From NCBI GenBank assembly GCA_902776365.1, contig CACYPU010000002.1, positions 131,180 to 195,179 on the forward strand: a stretch of 64,000 nt of DNA, in the 5' to 3' direction. Shown here one piece after another: positions 11,251-19,460 of the stretch. The DNA comes from an uncultured Bacteroidota bacterium (GTDB lineage Bacteria; Bacteroidota; Bacteroidia; Bacteroidales; P3). Below the pieces are notes generated by a model that was not told the DNA's origin, did no database searches, and was given only the letters and a program-made list of their open reading frames with translations. Numbering within the stretch: the stretch's first letter is position 1; each line of letters begins with the position of its first letter. A program made the translations under genes and the position numbers.

Positions 11251-13326
11251 TTATTTCTTAAAGTTTGTTTTTCCTTCGTTGAGCCAGTTGATGAATTTCT
11301 TCACGTCGAGGTTGAAACTGTAGTTCTCGGCGGTCAAGACCTTGCCGTCGGCATCGATGATGACGTAGTAAGGCTGTGTATTGGTGTTGTATGTCACCTG
11401 CTGGTAATGGAAGTTTTTGGTGCCGAGGGTTTTGTATGTCTTCCCATTTTTGTCGGTGACCCATTCGTTCTCAGGCAGGTCGATGTTGGCGTCGCAGAAG
11501 AGCGATACCATGACGAAGTCGGAGGTGAGGATTTTCTTTACGTCGGAGTTGGTCCATACATGCTGTTCCATGTTACGGCAGTTAGCGCAGGTCTTGCCGG
11601 TGAAGTCGATGAAGATGGGTTTTCCGACTTTGCGTGCGTGTTCCTTTGCTTCGTCGAGGTCGAAGAAGGCTTCAAATCCCAGAGGGACATGCAGCTCGTT
11701 GGCATATTTGCGGTTGGCGGAGATGCCCTCGCCGTTGTCGGTGCTGACACTGACGGTTTTGCCGCTGAATTCGTCGACGACTTTCTGAATGTAGAAGTCT
11801 TGACTTTCCATCGGCGGCACAAGGCCGGGCATGAACTTGATGGCTTTGAGTTCGGCACCCCAGAGGCCGGGAATCATGTAGACCACGAAGGCCAGGTCGA
11901 TGATAGCCATCATCAGGCGGCCGGTACCGATGTGCTCCACGGGATCGTCGCCTTTGAAGCGCAGTTTGCCCAGCAGGTAAAAGCCCCAAAGGCCGAAGAT
12001 GACAATCCAAAGTGCCAGGAAAATGTCGCGCGGCAGGATGCCCCAGTCACAGTAGAGGTCGGCCTGCTGGAGGAATTTCAGACCAAAGGCCAGCTCAAGG
12101 AAGGCGAAGGAGACCTTGACGGTGTTGAGCCATGAGCCGCTCTTCATGTTTTTCAGGAATTGCGGGAAGAAGGCCAGCAGGGTGAAGGGCAGGGCGAATC
12201 CGATGCCGAAGCCCAGCATGGTGACCAGCGGCACCAGGCGGTCGGTCGTGGAGGTGCTGAGACCCACCAGGGCGGTGCCGATAATGGGGCCTGTGCAGCT
12301 GAAAGATACCAATACGGTGGTCAGAGCGATGAAGAAAGGAGCCAGGAAGCCGCCTTTGTCGGCTTTCTCGTCGCTGGCGTTGACCCATTTCTCGGGCATC
12401 TTGATTTCAAACAGACCGAAGAAACTCAGTGCGAAGATGAAGAAGATGATAAAGAAAATGAGGTTGGGAATCCAGTGGGTGCCCATGAGGTAGAGAGAGT
12501 GAGGACCAAATATAAGGGTGAGGATGGCTCCAATCACGGTAAAGAGGCCTACGATACTCAAACCGAAAATCCATGCCTGGCGGCGACCTTTGCGTTTGTT
12601 CTCGGCGCCGCGCAGGAAGAAGTTCACGGTCATGGGTATCATCGGGAAAACGCAGGGAGTGAACATGGTGAGAATACCGCCTCCGAGGGCAATGAGAAAT
12701 TTCATTAGAAGACTGCTGTCTTCCTCGTTTTCGGTATTTCCGTTGCCATTATCTGTGTTTGTCGCTGCGGCAATCTGTGTGGTGTCGGTGTCGTTGGTGT
12801 CTGCCTCCGCAATGACCGAGTCTACTGTCTCCTCATTTTCTGTTGCATTAACGGCAGGCTTGACCTCTTCCTCAGCACCCTTCACCTTGAAGGAGATATC
12901 GTGGTCCTCGGGAGGGATGCAGCTACCGTTATTGCAGAGTTGGTAGCTGATCATGCCTTTCACGGTGAAGTCATTCTGTGAAAGACGTTTGATCTTCTGC
13001 TTGAACACTACGGTGCCCTCGAACGACTTCACCACACAGCCGAACAGCGGGTCGTTCTCCTCATGGGGCTTGGGCTCGCTTACCTTGCCCACCAAGGAGT
13101 AGTCTTTGCTCTTCGTGAATTCGAACGTTGTTGCGATGGGACCGTTGGGGTCGGTGTACTGCGAGTACATGTGCCAGCCGGCGTCGAGCTTCACGGTGAT
13201 TACCAGCTCAGCCTCGGTGGCCGACGTCTCTATGACGCTGCACGACACTTTCGAGGGGTCCAGCATCTGTGCGCTGGCCACAAACATCGTCGCCAGCATC
13301 AGGACGAATAGCGATATCTTTTTCAT
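11251..13326 (-). CDS. dsbD: thiol:disulfide interchange protein DsbD (alpha-beta-gamma)
   Basis: N-terminal DsbD-alpha-like domain (SYQLCNNGSCIPPED), membrane core with CVFPMIP and SCTGPI, and a C-terminal thioredoxin domain with CANC. Confidence 0.85.
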   Translation of the reverse strand: MKKISLFVLMLATMFVASAQMLDPSKVSCSVIETSATEAELVITVKLDAGWHMYSQYTDPNGPIATTFEFTKSKDYSLVGKVSEPKPHEENDPLFGCVVKSFEGTVVFKQKIKRLSQNDFTVKGMISYQLCNNGSCIPPEDHDISFKVKGAEEEVKPAVNATENEETVDSVIAEADTNDTDTTQIAAATNTDNGNGNTENEEDSSLLMKFLIALGGGILTMFTPCVFPMIPMTVNFFLRGAENKRKGRRQAWIFGLSIVGLFTVIGAILTLIFGPHSLYLMGTHWIPNLIFFIIFFIFALSFFGLFEIKMPEKWVNASDEKADKGGFLAPFFIALTTVLVSFSCTGPIIGTALVGLSTSTTDRLVPLVTMLGFGIGFALPFTLLAFFPQFLKNMKSGSWLNTVKVSFAFLELAFGLKFLQQADLYCDWGILPRDIFLALWIVIFGLWGFYLLGKLRFKGDDPVEHIGTGRLMMAIIDLAFVVYMIPGLWGAELKAIKFMPGLVPPMESQDFYIQKVVDEFSGKTVSVSTDNGEGISANRKYANELHVPLGFEAFFDLDEAKEHARKVGKPIFIDFTGKTCANCRNMEQHVWTNSDVKKILTSDFVMVSLFCDANIDLPENEWVTDKNGKTYKTLGTKNFHYQQVTYNTNTQPYYVIIDADGKVLTAENYSFNLDVKKFINWLNEGKTNFKK

Positions 13327-13338
13327 TCTAGCGTTTGA

Positions 13339-14595
13339 TTATTTCAGGTTGAATTTAATCTTTTTCTCTCCGCGAATGGTCTTCACACCCACGGTGTACA
13401 TGCCCTTGGGCATCTTGTTGATTTTAATCTTCTTGCCGCTCACATAGTTTTCTACAGTCTTCACCACCTTGCCATCCTTGTTGGTGAAGGTGACGGTGGC
13501 CGAGGGACTCTCGATGGTGAGGGTGATGTAGCCTTCCTCGAGGTTAGGCTGGATGCGTACGTTCTCGTCGCTGGGGCCGTCGTTGTAGGTCGGGGTGTCG
13601 ACACTGGGCGAACTCTTGGCGGGCATGGTGAAGCCGCTGAGTTTGGCCAGCCCGCGGTTGTCGTTGCCGAACCAGTGGTTGCCGTAACTGTCGTGGCATA
13701 CCTTGTAGGTGTTGCCGGCAGGCAGTTTGCAGTTCTTCGAGGTGAAGACCACCCAGTTGTCCTCGCCGTCGAACACCGCGACGCCGTCGTTGGTGGCCAG
13801 CCACAGCAGGCCGTCGCCGTCGATGGCGATGTCGTTCACCTGGTTGCTGGGCAGGGGGCTGTTCTTGGTGTTCCACACTTTCCATGAGCGGCCGTCGAAA
13901 CGGGCTAGGCCGCTGAGGGTGCCGAACCACTTCACGTCGTTCTGGTCGATAACGATAGCGGGCACGATAGCGTCAGGCAGCTCCGAGTTGAAAGGGGTGT
14001 AGCTGTACCAGCGAGTGCCGTCATACACGCTCACGCCGGCATTGGTGGTAATCCATTTGCGGTTCGAGCGGTCCACCGCCAGGTCGAGCACAAAGTCGCT
14101 CAGCAGTTCGCAGTCGTCGGGGGTGAATTTCTCCCAGCTGCGGCCGTCGTAGCGCACGATGCCGCCCAGCGTCACACCAATCCACACCACCTCATCCTTG
14201 TCGATGACAATTTCCTTGACGAATTTCATCTTCAGCCTCCGTGTCTCCTCGCTGTGCTCCTGCCACGTGGTGCCGTCCCATTCGATGACGCCGTAGTCGT
14301 CGGTGCCAATCCACAGGATGCCGCGCTTGTCCACCATCAGGCAGTTCACCGACTGCCCCTTGAGTTTCTCGTTGAACATGGCATAGTCGGTCCAAGTGTT
14401 GCCCTTCAGGCGGCAGAGGCCTTGGTACGAGCCTGCCCACAGCAGGTTGTCGTCGGCCGTGATGGCCGAGATGTTGTTGCCGCAGATGTCGCTCGTCCGC
14501 GTATCGTAGACGGTCCAGACTCCATTCTGAGCTATGGCCATATTGCCCAATAAACCCATTAAGCCCATCAGGCCTATTATGATTCTTTTTGTCAT
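13339..14595 (-). CDS. beta-propeller protein (two-component-regulator propeller repeats) with T9SS-like C-terminal domain
   Basis: Repeated W.GT..G...[FW]DG..W units (WIGTDDYGVIEWDGTTW, WFGTLSGLARFDGRSW and others). It has a signal peptide and a C-terminal beta-sandwich-like tail (MPKGMYTVGVKT..KFNLK). Confidence 0.75.
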   Translation of the reverse strand: MTKRIIIGLMGLMGLLGNMAIAQNGVWTVYDTRTSDICGNNISAITADDNLLWAGSYQGLCRLKGNTWTDYAMFNEKLKGQSVNCLMVDKRGILWIGTDDYGVIEWDGTTWQEHSEETRRLKMKFVKEIVIDKDEVVWIGVTLGGIVRYDGRSWEKFTPDDCELLSDFVLDLAVDRSNRKWITTNAGVSVYDGTRWYSYTPFNSELPDAIVPAIVIDQNDVKWFGTLSGLARFDGRSWKVWNTKNSPLPSNQVNDIAIDGDGLLWLATNDGVAVFDGEDNWVVFTSKNCKLPAGNTYKVCHDSYGNHWFGNDNRGLAKLSGFTMPAKSSPSVDTPTYNDGPSDENVRIQPNLEEGYITLTIESPSATVTFTNKDGKVVKTVENYVSGKKIKINKMPKGMYTVGVKTIRGEKKIKFNLK

Positions 14596-15899
14596 GTTTT
14601 GTGTTTTTCTTTCTTTGCTGCTGGAAACAATATATTGTTCAGTATCAGTCGGTATCCGGGTGAGTTGGGGTAGAGTGAGAGGTCAGTGGGTGGGTCGCCG
14701 ATGAAGTGTCGGTAGTCCTCGGGGTCGTGGCCGCCGAGGAAGGTCCAGGTGCCTTTGCCGTATTCGCCGTGCAGGTAGCGCACCTCGCCCAGTTCCTTGT
14801 TGTCGGCCAGAATGACGCAGCTGGTTTTCACCAGTTCGCTGCGGAAGGCGGTGGTCTGACCCATAAAGCCATGCACCAGACGTGTGTGGTTCTGCGTCAG
14901 CATCGTCGGCACCCAGTCCCATTTGGCCGAGAAGTCGAAGAGCACAAAGAAGTCGTTCTTCTCGTTCACCAGCTTCTGTCGTGTGCGGTCGTCGATGTCG
15001 ATGGTCGATATCTCATATTCCGTGGGGTTGGTACTGATACGGAAGTCTTTGAATGCAAAGCATTTGCTGTAATCCAGCGCCGACTGTGCGTTGGGTTGCA
15101 TGGGGTCGCCGTCGAACATCTCGGCGCAGATGTCCACGCCGTCGGCCGCCAGCGCCACATCGTAGCTGTCGGGTGCCGAGCACATGGCGAAGAGGAATCC
15201 GCCGCCCATCACAAAGTCGCGTATCTTTTTGACCACCGCCAGCTTGAGGAGACTTACCTTGCTGAAGCCCAGCTTGTGCGCTGTAGCCTCCTGCAGCTTG
15301 ACATCCTCGATGTACCACTGCTGGCTGCGGTAGTTGGCCCAGAACTTGCCATACTGTCCCGTGAAATCCTCGTGGTGCAGGTGCAGCCAGTCGTAGGTGG
15401 GCAGCACGCCGCTCATCACCTCCTCGTCGTACACCACGTCGTAGGGGATTTCGGCGTAGGTGAGCACCAGCGTCACCGCGTCGTCCCACGGCATCTTGTT
15501 CTTCGGCGAATAGACGGCGATTTTAGGTGCTTTCTGAAGCTTCACGGCGTCCATGTTGACGCTGGGGTCGGCTATGTAGCTGAGGATGGCGCTGCTTTGG
15601 CCGTCGGCGATGACCTCGCAGGTGACGCCGCGGAGCTTGCATTCGCGCTCGATGGCGTCGGCATGCTTCATCATGAAAGTGCCGCCGCGATAGTTGAGCA
15701 GCCAGGTCACCTCCACCTCGCGCTCCAGCGCCCAGTAGGCCACACCGTAGGCTTTCAGGTGGTTCTTCTGCACGTCGTCCATCGGCAATAAAATATAACT
15801 CGCCTGCGCGTGCGCGAACAAAAAAATAAAACATACGGCAACTGCCACACGCTTGGGAAGTGTGTGGAAACAGTAGCCTCTATTTTTTTCAATTTTCAA
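14592..15899 (-). CDS. conserved exported protein, possible GATase1-like fold
   Basis: 435-aa ORF with a GGGFLFAMCSAPDS nucleophile-elbow-like motif. Its stop overlaps the next start (ATGA at 14592-14595). The only upstream start is a TTG that lies within a TTTTCAA array. Function is uncertain. Confidence 0.6.
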   Translation of the reverse strand: MKIEKNRGYCFHTLPKRVAVAVCFIFLFAHAQASYILLPMDDVQKNHLKAYGVAYWALEREVEVTWLLNYRGGTFMMKHADAIERECKLRGVTCEVIADGQSSAILSYIADPSVNMDAVKLQKAPKIAVYSPKNKMPWDDAVTLVLTYAEIPYDVVYDEEVMSGVLPTYDWLHLHHEDFTGQYGKFWANYRSQQWYIEDVKLQEATAHKLGFSKVSLLKLAVVKKIRDFVMGGGFLFAMCSAPDSYDVALAADGVDICAEMFDGDPMQPNAQSALDYSKCFAFKDFRISTNPTEYEISTIDIDDRTRQKLVNEKNDFFVLFDFSAKWDWVPTMLTQNHTRLVHGFMGQTTAFRSELVKTSCVILADNKELGEVRYLHGEYGKGTWTFLGGHDPEDYRHFIGDPPTDLSLYPNSPGYRLILNNILFPAAKKEKHKT

Positions 15900-15920
15900 T
15901 TTTCAATTTTCAATTTTCAA
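15886..15920. repeat. heptanucleotide array, 5 perfect TTTTCAA units
   Basis: Read directly. It lies between the 5' end of 14592..15899 and the tRNA-Leu 3' end. Confidence 0.95.
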
Positions 15921-15926
15921 TTTGTG

Positions 15927-16008
15927 TGCGGATAGGGGGGCTCGAACCCCCACTCCTCTCGGAACAAGATCCTAAGTCTTGCGCGGCTACCAATTACGCC
16001 ATATCCGC
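15927..16008 (-). tRNA. tRNA-Leu (UAG)
   Basis: Reverse complement is GCGGATA TG GCG..CAAGA CTTAGGA TCTTG, then a long variable arm TTCCGAGAGGAGT, then GGGGG TTCGAGC CCCCC TATCCGC A. CCA is not encoded. Confidence 0.9.
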
Positions 16009-16037
16009 AGGGCTTTTTTTCGGGCAGAAAAATCGTG

Positions 16038-16045
16038 CAAAGATA
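16038..16045 (-). promoter_or_regulatory. -7 box TAnnTTTG for tRNA-Leu
   Basis: Minus-strand TATCTTTG, 30 nt upstream of the tRNA 5' end. Confidence 0.6.
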
Positions 16046-16073
16046 CGCACTTTTTTTTACATAGCAGAAAAAA

Positions 16074-16108
16074 CTTTCACCTTACACCTTTCATCTTTCA
16101 CCTTTCTT
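16074..16108. repeat. heptanucleotide array (5 units)
   Basis: CTTTCAC CTTACAC CTTTCAT CTTTCAC CTTTCTT. It supplies the msrA C-terminal ..KKGER* and the stop codon. Confidence 0.9.
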
Positions 16109-16636
16109 GTTCGCCATTCTTGCCATTTCAAACAGAGCCTCAGGCAGATGGCAGTATCCGTCGGGATGCTTCACGAGGTAGTCCTGGTGGTATTCCGAGG
16201 CGGGTTGGAACATCCTGAGCGGCTCCACTTCCACGGCCAGCGGTCCCGAATATCCGTGCTCCACCTCGCGGTACACCTCGCGGATGGTCGGCAGGTCCTC
16301 GGGGTCAATGTAATAGATGCCTGTGCGGTAGCGTGTGCCCTCGTCCTCGCCTTGCCGGTTCACCGACGTGGGTTCGATGCAGAGGAAATAGAGATTCAGC
16401 AACTTCTTCAGCGACAACACCTCATCGTCGTACACCACGCGCACCGTCTCGGCGAAGCCCGTTGTGTCGGTGTATACCTCCTCGTAGCTCGGCCCGTGAC
16501 CTGCCGCCACGCGCTCGCCGTACTCCTCGTTGCCGTTGGCAAAACCTGTCTGGGTTTCGATGATGCCCTCTATCTGGTTCAGGTAGTGCTGCGTACCCCA
16601 GAAGCACCCTCCCGCTAGAAAAATCGTCTTGGTCAT
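16091..16636 (-). CDS. msrA: peptide-methionine (S)-S-oxide reductase
   Basis: The start is trimmed to MTKTIFLAGGCFWGTQHY (GCFWG active site). The remainder matches the MsrA fold signature YHQDYL. Confidence 0.9.
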   Translation of the reverse strand: MTKTIFLAGGCFWGTQHYLNQIEGIIETQTGFANGNEEYGERVAAGHGPSYEEVYTDTTGFAETVRVVYDDEVLSLKKLLNLYFLCIEPTSVNRQGEDEGTRYRTGIYYIDPEDLPTIREVYREVEHGYSGPLAVEVEPLRMFQPASEYHQDYLVKHPDGYCHLPEALFEMARMANKKGER

Positions 16637-16679
16637 GCACGAATAACGTACCCCAAATGGAAATATTGTATAAATTTTT

Positions 16680-16713
16680 TTTTGCCAGTTCAAAAAATGT
16701 TCGTATCTTTGCA
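16680..16713 (+). repeat. 34-nt promoter-containing direct repeat, copy 1
   Basis: TTTTGCCAGTTCAAAAAATGTTCGTATCTTTGCA is identical to 17222..17255. It contains a TTTG -33-like box and a TATCTTTG -7 box (16704..16711). Confidence 0.9.
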
Positions 16714-16742
16714 ACCTCAAACTTTAAAAAACAAGGATAAAG

Positions 16743-17150
16743 ATGAAGAAAATTTTCACTTTACTATCTATTGCCTTTATCGCGGCTTTGAGTATAGGTA
16801 CAGCCTCATGCAGCAGCAAGGAGTCAAAACTCCTTGGAAAATGGAATCTTGTAAAAGAGGGATATAACAGTCGCGGGATGATGGACGTCGATGGAACATA
16901 CTGGGAGTTTTTAGAAGGGAATACGGTTATTGTAGAAGAAAATGGTGTAAAAGATTATGGAACATGGAAATTGATTACCGATGTGGGGGCGTTGAAGAGG
17001 GATTATTTGGTGATTGATATGGATAGTAGAAAGGATTTGTCCGAAAGATATTACGTGTCACAATTGGCGGAAAAAGCCGGTTCAGATGCAAGCCCGCGTT
17101 TGACGTTGGTAATTGAAGATGAACAATATCTGTTTTCTTTTACAAAGTGA
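16743..17150 (+). CDS. lipocalin-like small lipoprotein
   Basis: Lipobox GTASCSS followed by the LLGKWNLVKE motif. One of four paralogs in the window (30398, 31031, 39258). Confidence 0.75.
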   Translation: MKKIFTLLSIAFIAALSIGTASCSSKESKLLGKWNLVKEGYNSRGMMDVDGTYWEFLEGNTVIVEENGVKDYGTWKLITDVGALKRDYLVIDMDSRKDLSERYYVSQLAEKAGSDASPRLTLVIEDEQYLFSFTK

Positions 17151-17221
17151 TAGGCTCTCGTACTGCCAACGTCAATAAAAACGACACCAGGAGGCTTGTT
17201 TCCTAAAAATGGTGAAAAATA

Positions 17222-17255
17222 TTTTGCCAGTTCAAAAAATGTTCGTATCTTTGCA
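17222..17255 (+). repeat. 34-nt promoter-containing direct repeat, copy 2
   Basis: Perfect copy of 16680..16713. Its -7 box is at 17246..17253, upstream of the L31 pseudogene. Confidence 0.9.
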
Positions 17256-17326
17256 GCACGAAAAAAGTAAACGAATTATAAACAATCGTCTAACAATTAA
17301 TGGGTTAGACGGCAAAAAGTAAAGAA

Positions 17327-17537
17327 ATGAAAAAAGGAATTCATCCCGAAAACTATCGCCTCGTGGTGTTCAAAGACATGTCCAACGACCACATGATTCT
17401 CACCAAGAGCTGTGCCAACACCAAAGACGAACACCTCGCACCCCTTCTTCACTGGCAAGCTGAAACTCGTTGACACCGCTGGTCGCGTCGACAAGTTCAT
17501 GAACAAGTACAAAAAGTACGCCAAGAAGGCCGAGTAA
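17327..17537 (+). pseudogene. rpmE2: 50S ribosomal protein L31 type B, internal deletion plus frameshift
   Basis: Frame 1 reads [35 protein letters not shown].., then a nonsense tail and TGA at 17471. Frame 2 continues [35 protein letters not shown]. The total span is 211 nt, which is not a multiple of 3. About 17 central residues are missing. Confidence 0.8.
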
Positions 17538-17578
17538 TCGGACGGCTTGAAGTTCTTTCAAGCAGAAGGCCGAATAAT

Positions 17579-17606
17579 GGTTAACGGTTAAAGATTAAAG
17601 GTTAAA
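17579..17606. repeat. heptanucleotide array (4 units)
   Basis: GGTTAAC GGTTAAA GATTAAA GGTTAAA. Confidence 0.9.
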
Positions 17607-17625
17607 GAGGCTGCCGCAGCAAAAT

Positions 17626-17660
17626 CGTTAATCATTAATCAGTAAACAGTAATCATTACA
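17626..17660. repeat. heptanucleotide array (5 units)
   Basis: CGTTAAT CATTAAT CAGTAAA CAGTAAT CATTACA. Confidence 0.9.
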
Positions 17661-17702
17661 AAAAAGAAAAGTAATTTGTTTTAGATTTAGTGGATCTAGA
17701 AG

Positions 17703-17731
17703 CCCCGCCGACCATCGGCGGGGTTTTCTTT
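17703..17731 (+). terminator. intrinsic terminator
   Basis: Stem CCCCGCCG/CGGCGGGG followed by TTTTCTTT. Confidence 0.75.
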
Positions 17732-17776
17732 CGTCTGTCTTAATAAAAATATTTTTGTAAAATAATTTTTTTTCTT

Positions 17777-17784
17777 TAAGTTTG
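17777..17784 (+). promoter_or_regulatory. -7 box TAnnTTTG
   Basis: TAAGTTTG upstream of the sigma factor gene. Confidence 0.5.
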
Positions 17785-17845
17785 CAAAAGTAATTATTTG
17801 CTGTGAAAAAAAATAAGGTTTTGATAATTAATATAATAATTCTTA

Positions 17846-18448
17846 ATGGCTACAATCATCCCTTTCTATCGCAAGCGTTTTGTCTATGAAAATGATGCGC
17901 AGATGGTATTGGCGGTCATGGTCGGCGATGAGGGAGCCACACGCTACCTCTTCTATGACCACTATACCGCCCTCTTGCGGAAAAATTATAACAAAGTCGT
18001 CGGTCAACTCCCTGTACAGTTCGACGATCTTGTCCAGGAACTTTACCTCTATCTTTGCGAAAATGATTGGGGAAAACTAAAAAAATTTGACCCTGATAAA
18101 GATGACTTTGTTTGTTGGTTTTCAACTGTTTCGTTTCGATTCTTCAAAGATTGCTGCAAAAAAAAGTTCTATTCGTCGACAGATTTCTCCGACGACATTC
18201 CTAATTATGATAAAAGAGAGTCCTACTTTGATTGGGAAAATAGCGAACTCATGCGAGACCTCAGACGCGTGTTACCTTTCTTTCAGCCACCCCGCGACAG
18301 AGAAATTATCGAGGCCACCATTATCCACGACGAGCCCATCGCAGAGGTCGCCAAACGCTACAACCTGACCGAGAACAATCTCTCTACCATCAAGCGCAGG
18401 GCTTTGGCCCGCCTGGTGGCAACCTATTTGTCGGACTATAAAAAATGA
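17846..18448 (+). CDS. ECF-type sigma-70 family RNA polymerase sigma factor
   Basis: Region 2-like segment (LVQELYLYLCEN..WFSTVSFRFFKD) and a region 4 HTH (IAEVAKRYNLTENNLSTIKRRALARL). Confidence 0.8.
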   Translation: MATIIPFYRKRFVYENDAQMVLAVMVGDEGATRYLFYDHYTALLRKNYNKVVGQLPVQFDDLVQELYLYLCENDWGKLKKFDPDKDDFVCWFSTVSFRFFKDCCKKKFYSSTDFSDDIPNYDKRESYFDWENSELMRDLRRVLPFFQPPRDREIIEATIIHDEPIAEVAKRYNLTENNLSTIKRRALARLVATYLSDYKK

Positions 18449-19332
18449 ACAACGAAATGGAACAGAACTTTAAAATCACTGACGAACAGATGGCTCGCTT
18501 CATCGCTGGCACAGCCACCGAGGAAGAAAAGAACGCCATCCTTGAATACATGTCGCAAAGCGATGAAAATCTTGATGAATTGATGTCTATTGTCGACGCC
18601 GTGCAGGCCCAGCGTGTCGCCTCTTCGGCTCCCACGCGCAAAACCTCGCCTGCCATTAGGAGTGTCGCTGCCTCCGTGGCAGTCCTCCTCCTTGCCGGTG
18701 GCGCATGGATGCTTCTGCGCGACCGCGGCGTTAACCTCGAATCCCCCTCTAGCAACACCGTGGCTATGAACATTACTCCTGTTCCCTCTTCCGATGCCTC
18801 TGGTGACGATTCCCAGCTCACTCGAACACCCAGCCATTCGGCTGCCCAATCTTCCAGTTACTCGGACCTTATTGCCGATGCTGACCCTGTTGCTAACGCC
18901 ACACCCTTAGCAGAAAAAAACAGCACTTCTCAACAAGGAACGACACAAGCTGCTAATTCCTCCGATGGCTCTGGCATTTTGATGGCATCCTCGGAAGCAA
19001 TAAGTACAAATCCCATTAAAACCGAACACGATATTGTTTTTAGAGCACCGATTCCTTCTGAATGGAAATTTGGTACAGGTCTTACTTTTTCTTGGAATTG
19101 CAATGCTCCGGTTATAAAACTGATGATGAAACCCCAGGGCGAGCTTGAGTGGCTATACCTTAAAAGAATCACATCAGACGCTCAAGAATGGAAGGATGGA
19201 AAAGTTATTGTTACGGCCAAAGAACAGGGTCTTCTCACTTCCAACAGTAATAAGGTTATGTGGCGTATGGAGGCATACTTCAACGGTGGTGAGAAAACTG
19301 TGAAAGAAGGTTTGATTACTATAGTAAAATGA
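18445..19332 (+). CDS. putative anti-sigma factor (single-pass membrane protein)
   Basis: ATGA overlap with the sigma gene. It has an N-terminal helical domain, one TM (AASVAVLLLAGGAWMLL), a Ser/Thr-rich linker and a C-terminal beta-rich domain. Confidence 0.6.
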   Translation: MNNEMEQNFKITDEQMARFIAGTATEEEKNAILEYMSQSDENLDELMSIVDAVQAQRVASSAPTRKTSPAIRSVAASVAVLLLAGGAWMLLRDRGVNLESPSSNTVAMNITPVPSSDASGDDSQLTRTPSHSAAQSSSYSDLIADADPVANATPLAEKNSTSQQGTTQAANSSDGSGILMASSEAISTNPIKTEHDIVFRAPIPSEWKFGTGLTFSWNCNAPVIKLMMKPQGELEWLYLKRITSDAQEWKDGKVIVTAKEQGLLTSNSNKVMWRMEAYFNGGEKTVKEGLITIVK

Positions 19333-19396
19333 TTTTCTGAAAAAAAAGTACCCATCAGCTGTCATAAATCATTTCGTTCATCCCTAGTTATAAGTG

Positions 19397-19424
19397 AAGG
19401 GGCCCCGGCCGGGGCCCCTTTTCA
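19397..19424 (+). terminator. intrinsic terminator-like GC hairpin
   Basis: Palindrome AAGGGGCCCCGG/CCGGGGCCCCTT followed by a short T run. Confidence 0.6.
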
Positions 19425-19460
19425 GAAAAACAGAAATGACCCTCAAAAACAAAGACTGTT

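Noticed and set aside
15886-15920. Heptamer arrays as CRISPR-like or minisatellite phase-variation switches
   Set aside because: There are no spacers and no cas genes. The units are 7 nt, not 25-40 nt. Most arrays are degenerate, so simple slipped-strand ON/OFF switching is unlikely, although it is not excluded for the perfect TTTTCAA x5 block.
15860-16618. 252-aa plus-strand ORF beginning MCGNSSLYFFQFSIFNFQFSI
   Set aside because: It runs through the TTTTCAA heptamer array, across the tRNA-Leu gene (opposite strand) and antisense through msrA. It is not a plausible gene.
17297-17524. 75-aa minus-strand ORF
   Set aside because: It is antisense to the recognisable L31 type B remnants. The plus strand carries the real (broken) gene.
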